A DNA stretch of 64,000 nt from assembly GCF_009914755.1 (NCBI RefSeq), contig NC_060932.1; one strand, given 5' to 3'. How positions within the stretch are numbered: position 1 is the first letter of the stretch; every line of letters starts with the position of its first letter. Below the pieces are notes generated by a model. That model saw only the letters and a program-made list of their open reading frames with translations. It was not told where the DNA came from and did not search any database. Below are positions 55,467 through 64,000 of the stretch, one piece after another. Source of the DNA: the human T2T-CHM13v2.0 reference genome, Homo sapiens. The position numbers and the translations under genes were made by a program.

Positions 55467-56139
55467 GAATTTTACACTTTTTAAATATGCCATACATGTT
55501 GAAGAGGTATGACATGTTGAATAGGCTAGATTGTATCTTAGAGCTAATTTTTAAAACTTGAAATCGACCATGAATACCTTCCCTATATACAATAAATTGT
55601 CTTAAAACAAGTTTTATGAGGATGTATTTTAATTTATTTCATTTTTAATCTGTTATTGGATATTTAAAATATTTCTCTATTGTAGTGGTAAAAAAACCAT
55701 GGGGGGTGGGTATATTATGGGGTTGAGTGGATTTCTGGAAAGTGTCAGACCTGAGCTAGAATCTGCCACTCTACAGTTGTGTGACCTTAGACAAGTTTTC
55801 TTTTACCTATCCTAAGCTTCACCTGGCTCCTCCATAAAATTAAGATATTAATAGTGTTACTATAGTAGAGATATCATGCTGTTAAATGGAATAATGTATG
55901 TAAAAGATATAGGACAAGTGTTTGACAAATGCTTATTGCTATTATCTTAATTATCTGTAATTCTATTTTCTTAGAAGTGATGCTAAAAGTGGAATTTTGA
56001 GTAAAAGGATCAGCACATCAAAGTTCTGAATACATATTATGAAACTGCTTTTCTGAAAACTTGTATCCCTTTATATCCTTACCAGCAATGTACACAAGTT
56101 TTCATCTTACTGCATTGTAGATCATGTTATTTATTTTAA

Positions 56140-56428
<289 letters not shown>

Positions 56429-57479
56429 TGATTGATTATTAGAAGTGAAATCCAACATTTTTCGTCTGTAGCTTGATAATTTGAATGCTTTTCTCTTGTG
56501 AATTATCTGTTCATGGTCTTTGCTCATTTCTTCTGTTGAGCTATTTCTTTACCTATTTCTTAATGAATTGCAGTAATCTTAGTTCTTTGATTGGTTATAT
56601 TTGGCTCAGTTGTGTCTTTAATATTATCTGTGGCTTTTAAAAATAGTATTTGTCTCTGACTACAGAAGAAATAAGCATATGCTTTACAGAATTTGGGACA
56701 TACAGAAAAGCATAAATAAAAAAATAATAAAACCACAAATTCCATAAACAATCAATGTTAAACTTCTACGATTTATATTTCCATAAGACAGTCAACATAT
56801 ATTTCCATTATTTATGCAATATATATTTACTGGGTCCTCCTATGGGCCAGGTCCTGTGCTAGAGAAATTAGCAGTGAATATATTATACATAGGGTATACA
56901 TTTTATAATAGAATTGTGAGCCAACAATATGTGTGTATATTCCTCAAATATTAGTTTTTAAAAATTAACTTTTTATTAAACAAATATTACAGCTCAATGA
57001 ATTTCTATAAACTAAATGCATGGGTATAACTAACAACCAGATGAAGAAACAAAATATGATGGATTTCATAAGTTAGAAATGTTTATTGTTATAAATTCTT
57101 GCCTTTATCTCTGATTAGTAAAAAGTCCTAGATGTATAATTGGTACAAATGGTATTAACCTTTTATAGGATCTCAATACTTATTTCCAAATGGCCATCTG
57201 AAGATTTTGACTTATTTAGTCTTTTCATTTACCTATATATTCTCCTTGTGTTTCATTCTTTCATTTTTTAACTGTTTACCTATTTTAGCATAGAAGCTGA
57301 ATAATCTATTACTTCACTATTAATTTGCTTGGTTTTATTTAAAACATACACAATTTTTCTTTAAGTTGGGTCTGTGCCTGAGCAGTTTGTTTCTTCTCTC
57401 ATACTTAGTCCAATGTCAACATTAGGCCGCATAATTCTTCACGCTATTGTAGAATTATAAAACATTTTAATAATTGGTT

Positions 57480-58060
57480 CAGTCAGACATTCATTTCCCA
57501 TGTTTTGTCAAAAATTGCTAGGTATTTTTGCTGATTTATCCTTTCAAATAGAACTTAGAACAATTTTTTCATATTACAAAAATGAGAAAGAAAGACATCT
57601 CATTTATTGAAACCTTCCTTTATATCTCTCAGTAAGATGTCACAGGTTTATTCATATATTCTTCACAAATACTTCTTATAAGGTTTCTTCCTAAATTTCC
57701 TTTTATGATATTTTTTGTTTTTGTGTTTTAGTAACTACCGCTATTTTAAATTATAATTAAAATTTCAAATCAATTTGATTTTTGAATTCTATATTTCTTC
57801 ATTTTTCTGAAGGCTGTTGTAAATTCTAAGAATATTCTAGTTGATTTTCTTCAGTCTTCTACATATCAAATTATCTACAAAAATAATTTGAATCTCTTTC
57901 ATTTCATTAAGTAAAGCTTGTGTCTTATTGTACTGTCCAAAATTCCTAGAATACTGCTGAATAATAGTGCTGATAGAAGGCATTCTTATCTTGTTTTTAC
58001 TTGTAATGACAGTTTGCTTCCAGTATTTTACTGCTAAGTACAATGTTTGCTATCAGTAGA
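57480..58060 (-). mobile_element. Old L1 fragment
   Basis: gaataatagtgctgatagaaggcattcttatcttgtt, tttactgctaagtacaatgtttgct. Confidence 0.6.
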
Positions 58061-61032
58061 ATATAAAGTATTCAGAGTATAAATTTATTTATAATATATT
58101 ATCTTTTACTGTGTTAAATAGCTATATTTTAAGACTGTTCTGATGAAAATCAGAGTTAAGGAAATCTTTAAATATACTTTTATATTTCTATTTTTAACTT
58201 CAGATAAAATAAAGATGACAATCTTATAAGAAATGATGAAGAAACAAGAAGAGCAATAAAAATTATTCATTAGTAATAATAAAATATGGGCATTGTTTCT
58301 TTTTGGCCATTAGTTACAATGCAGCTAAACTCAATACGCATTTATTATGACTAATAATCATTTCTTGCTTAAAAAACTTATTTTGTCCTCCCCACCCTAA
58401 ACTGAGGGTTTTGATGTTACTCTTGTCAACTAAGGAAATGCACAAGGCTGAACAACCTACCTGAAAACACAGGAAGGCAAAGTCAACTCTATTATCTTCT
58501 ATGAAGAAGGAAACAAAAATCGGTATTCTAGTCTAAGACAACACATAACAATTCAGTCTAAAGGATATCCATTTCATGGTCAACATATATAAGGCAACAT
58601 TCTGAGTGTTATAAGGGATGTTTACTAGGATTTAAAAAATGTGGTCCTTTATGTTTGCTGAATTTGTCAGGAGAAAATCACCAAGTATACCAGTCTGTGT
58701 ACAGGGTTGAAAATGACAAGTGGCATTCCATATGTGTGTACATATACATAGGGACCCTTAGGTTTGGACTGTAATTATCCATATGCTCACACCCTTTCAT
58801 ATGGCTACTCTTGGCTTGTGGAGGGGTTTGGAAGCAGCAAAGAACTACAGTGTCTTCCTTGCAAGCACCTGTGAGATCCTTTGGCAGCAGAGAACCAGAG
58901 CTCTAGCATCCACACAAAAGCTGAACATAGAGCATCAGAGTTTCTTCTTTATTTATAGAGAATAAAGGACTTTCTAGGTGAGTTATATTTTCCCAACTTG
59001 AGAAATCAACTTCTGAATCGGATTAAATATTTCACACTTTTTGGAAGCACAAACAGTATGTCAGTACCAAGTGCTTTACTTGAAATCGAAGTTTCTTAAC
59101 ATTGGCGTAACTGATATTTTACAGAAAGAATTTTTTCCTAGCTAAAAATAAACATAAATAACACATATTAAAATAATTTATAGATGATAACTTAAGTTTT
59201 AAAGTAAGAAAATATTATTGCAACTTTAAAGACTGAATTAAACCAAGGGATAATCTTCTCTTTGCTTTACAAGAAAAATCATTGCAGCTTTCTCCTTTTA
59301 CATAATGCTATTACCTAAAGACCATCCACAAGCCCCTTTCCTTGGCCCTGGACTCATCAAACTCATACTCTAGTGGGACCAGAACTTTCTGCCCCAGGCC
59401 TTTTTTTTTTTTTAATAGAAAGGGTGAAAACAAGGGGCAACAAGTCTAGGTGTTCAAATATCAGACCCGGGCTAGGAGTCTACATATTGAAGGCCCCAAG
59501 GAATATTCATGTTGTAAATCTTGATGCAAAGAATGCTCTGGTCTGCTCCAACTAAACAATGCACTGAAAGAGTGGAGAGGGGAGTTTAGAACAGCTTTGC
59601 TACTAACGGGGTGAGCGTGGTATGTGCAATAGTTTCATGTGCCACCATCTCACAGACACGAGAGGAGGGTTCCCACTCTTCCCAATCCTTACTCTTCAGG
59701 GGTAACGGGTGACCCGAGACCAGAGATCTGGTTCCTGCTGACTCTTAAAGGTCACTCTGTCAACATGGGTTAGGATGGCAACCATAATGCCAGTGAAATC
59801 ATATTCCTTAACCAGACAGAAGAAGAAAATTCAACATGAACTTAAAGCATTATTTTTATTTAGACCTGTATCCATCTTCATAAAATATTTTCTTCTAACT
59901 GTGGAAAAATCCAGCAGGAGAACTGACCAGCAGCAGGTTAAACTGAAATATTATCGTATGCTGAAGGCCTTTCCTCACTCCGTTTGAAGGTTGCCTTTCA
60001 ATAAAAAGCTAACAGAAAGAACTCTTTCTCCAACCAGTCAGAAAGAGTCATACTTTACCAAAGAAGCTGAAAAAACCTCCAGTTCCATACTGTCATTCAT
60101 AAAAAATGACTTCCATATAGGCATCATCGTATTGCACATGGAGAGTTTTTTTGTAAAATGATATGCAGGACGTTAGTCAGACTTAGAAATAGGAAAGCCA
60201 GACGTACACTACGGAACTAAAGTCGAAACCCTTCTCTTGGGGGGAAAATATTATTTCCTAAGATAATTATGTCTCCCTGTCACTCATGTTCCTTCATACG
60301 TCAAACATTTTTTATGGTACAGAAAACATTTTTTTCTCCTTTTTGTTTTTCCTGGTGTGTCAACAGAATTGATATAAATTGTGATTTTCTTTAAATTAAA
60401 AAAGTCACTAAGTGAGATTACAAACAAGACTTATGAAACTAAAATGAATTAACTTAGTTCTTAGAGTTCGATTAAGATATTTCTAAAGTACTTCAAAAAT
60501 TATACCTTAAATTTTCTAAATCATATCCTAATAACCATTTTAAGCATGTACACTGATTCATAATATGACAAATGTTACTGAAAGCCCCTCACAGAGGGGG
60601 TGTATTTCACTAGTCAGAATGTCTTATTAAGCAAGGAGTGAACTAACCAAATTATACCAAGAGATAGCTGGCAAAAGCTAAGATTTAGAAGAAAATAAGA
60701 CCAAAAGTCAACAATTAGAGTTCAGGCATCATACTTCAAGCTAACCAAGAGACTATTAAGCTCCTTGAAATTACTTATGCTATAGACCTTACAAAGCTAA
60801 AAACATGTAACTTAAATATATTAAAATATTCATGTCCCCTACCACTATCCATTGCTAGTTGGAGTGTGAAATCAGGCATTACCACATCACTTCTCCCTGA
60901 TGAGATAATTCTGGTGTTCTTAGGAGCATTATGCCAATAGACATTTTTTTTTTTTTTGCCAGAAAATAATTTTACTTTTTATTTTGAAGAAAACATATTT
61001 GCAATGACCAGTCCCAGGTTTGTTGAATTTCA

Positions 61033-61438
<406 letters not shown>

Positions 61439-61904
61439 CTAAATGAATCTTTCATTTATACTTTTGTTAATATCCCTAACATAAAATCAACTTTTGTAAG
61501 GCTACAAGCTTAAACATTTTCCCATGATTGTTTTATATATTTGGTTGAATTATACCTTCATTCTCTTTTCTACTTTACCTCTACTAAGGAATAGTCCTCA
61601 TGCCAAAAATAGAATCTGATATTTCAGTAACTTCATAGACTGCTTTTTCTTTTTCTTTTGAAATTTGGGTTTACAGAAAAAAATACATCTCCTATACCCT
61701 AAAAACCTAGAGCTTTTAATATATTTGAGTAGTATTTCAGTCTCTATATAATCAGTGTAAATAACGTCAATAAACAAAAATCTGATTATACTACATTGAA
61801 ATTGAGTTTGGAAGTTTTTTGGTCTATATTATAACAAGTTATGACTGCCTAACATCTCACTTTTCACCACCTAATTTTGGCACTGTATAAGCAAGTTTTG
61901 GCAC

Positions 61905-62206
61905 TTTTTTTTTTTTTTTTTTTGAGACAGAGTTTTGCTCTTGTTGCCCAGGCTGGAGTGCAATGGCGTGATCTCTGGCTCATCGTAACCTCTGCCTCCC
62001 GGGCTCAAGTGATTCTCCTGCCTCAGCCCCCTGAGTAGCTGGGATTACAAGCATTGGCCACCACACCCAGCTAATTTTGTATTTTTAATAGAGACGGGGT
62101 TTCTCCATGTTGGTCGGGATGGTCTCGAACTCCCAACCTCAGGTGATCCAGCTGCCTCTGCCTCCCAAAGCGCTGGGATTACAGGCATGAGCCACTGCGC
62201 CCAGCC
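61905..62206 (-). mobile_element. Alu, AluSq/Sp-like
   Basis: Antisense full Alu; TSD aagttttggca (61893-61903 / 62207-62217). Confidence 0.94.
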
Positions 62207-63371
62207 AAGTTTTGGCATTTTTAAGAAGGTACAGAGTTTTAAAACAATAGGAAATTACTACAAATTTCTTCTTGATGTTTGTTATTAACACCTATTAACA
62301 TCAATAAAGGTAACAAGATTGTACCCAGGACAAAAAATCAGTCTACTCTGTATCTTTAGAAACAAATGGAAACTTAGGAAAGGCATTTTTTAACATACCA
62401 GTAAAATGTGGAATTTTTTGTGCTGCTCTCTAAGTGAAAACAATTATCAATCAGAAACAGCTTTTGAAAATAAGTATGATAATTATGTGTTTCTAAAGGC
62501 AATTAATTCTAAACTTGTCACTCAATGGGAATATTTCTACCTTAAAAAAATAGTAATGCCTTACATGTAATTTCTTCTTGAGGAAAACACTTTAAATTGC
62601 AAAAAAATTTTGTATTTTACCCTTAAGTGTAAAATAAATTTTTCACTAAGGAAGAGAAAAAATAAAGCATATTTAATAACTTTATTGCACTGGAAGTTGC
62701 CAATTCGTCTTTGAGTAGTTTCATTGCAGATGAAAAGAAATCAAAATACAGGACAGATGTTGAACAAACCGCATTTAAGTTCTGTCACACACTGGCATTT
62801 TTCAAATGATTTTGGCTCATCTATTAAATAAGGTGCATTTTGCTTGATTTTGAAAAGGGAAACATCAGGAAATATTTAAAGGCCAATTGCTGCCAATTAA
62901 CTTTGATCAGTAAAAGTTCTATTTGAATCTTTCAGATTCTTCTCCTGTCTGAAATAACATACATTTATAAATCGAACAAAACAACAACTTGATGATTAAT
63001 GCCTGTTGGCAGCCCTACCACAAGCTTGCTTAACAGCGGAATTTAAATAAACAACTGTCTCTATTCAGAAGAGAACGAAATGTAGTTATAGTCATATTTT
63101 CTCATAATGGAGATATGAAAAACAATATTCTCTACTCTTAAGAATGCTGCTAATCAAGACCATTGTGATTGTCAGTGCCTGTAACAATTCAGCTAGCCAT
63201 CTTACAAGAGTCTGCCCTGAAATCATAATGGACCAATAAAATTAACAGCAGTGTGACATAAGCAGTCCTGGCAACCCAAACAGCAGAGGCCAGACTAAAA
63301 CATCTTCCTACCAATTGGATCAGCCAGAAAGTAAAGCATCGGTCCTAATACAGTAAGAGTCTGACATAACA

Positions 63372-63385
63372 GTCTCAAAGAAAAA
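63372..63385 (+). mobile_element. Probable ultra-truncated Alu (GTCTC plus A tail) with 17-bp TSD
   Basis: aagagtctgacataaca (63355-63371) and aagaatctgacataaca (63386-63402) flank gtctcaaagaaaaa. Confidence 0.6.
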
Positions 63386-63716
63386 AAGAATCTGACATAA
63401 CATATGCAAGTGTTACGAATTATGTTGGACATATCTTAGTGGTGATTATGTAACTGAGAAATATGTGGCTTCTGATAATCAACAAAGTTTAAGATTCTTG
63501 AAATCAAATTTTAATCTTTACTACTGGTCATGTAGGATCTAACTCTGAAAATCAACAGCCAAAGTAAAGCAAAATAGAAATCCCATAAAGGCAAAACACA
63601 TTGCCATATTACCAACAAACCTCTGTCTCACTATTCCAATTATACATTAAAAAATAATATCCTATCTTTATTTTAAAACCAATCACCTATTTTCAGACAT
63701 GCAAAAATATGTATTA

Positions 63717-63821
<105 letters not shown>

Positions 63822-64000
63822 CTAAAATAAGAATATGACAGGTGAAGAACATGTATACTTCAGGTTACATGAAAGAGAGTGTCTCATTAAGAGGAAGCAG
63901 GCATTGGGAGAGGCTGAAAGCAAGAGACACAGAGAGAGACTTGGGCAACAGCTGCTTATTTTAGTGTGCATGACTTATTCTGTGTGCAAACTTCAGGGAC

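Noticed and set aside
55145-55522. Repeated tatgccatac(g/a)tgttgaa on both sides of an Alu
   Set aside because: Not adjacent to the Alu ends; looks like a small old local repeat.
63860-63868. SIX-type motif TCAGGTTAC beside exon 12 (autoregulation idea)
   Set aside because: A single 9-mer is expected by chance about once per two windows of this size; no supporting cluster.

Overview
Primate (most likely human) genomic DNA holding the 3' half of EYA1 (eyes absent 1, a HAD-family phosphatase and SIX cofactor) on the minus strand. I reconstructed seven coding exons by hand: 63821-63732, 36154-36096, 35983-35823, 34841-34727, 34621-34500, 30369-30269 and 18533-18453. They splice in frame into the C-terminal Eya domain ending ...HHALELEYL*, followed by a ~1.9 kb 3' UTR with AATAAA at 16557-16552. 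Exon numbers 12-18 are recalled from the human gene. The rest is intron or downstream flank rich in Alu, L1, L2, MIR, two ERV1-type LTRs and a Tigger2-type element. Almost all ORFs in the supplied track are repeat-derived or chance. I see no evidence of a new multi-gene system. The most notable oddities are a ~100-nt near-perfect intronic hairpin (45721-45822), a GC-AG intron, several young tandem duplications, an Alu with a 38-bp flanking duplication, two tiny retroinsertions, and an intronic antisense LTR with a tRNA-His-like PBS. Repeat family names come from recall of consensus sequences, not from a database search.
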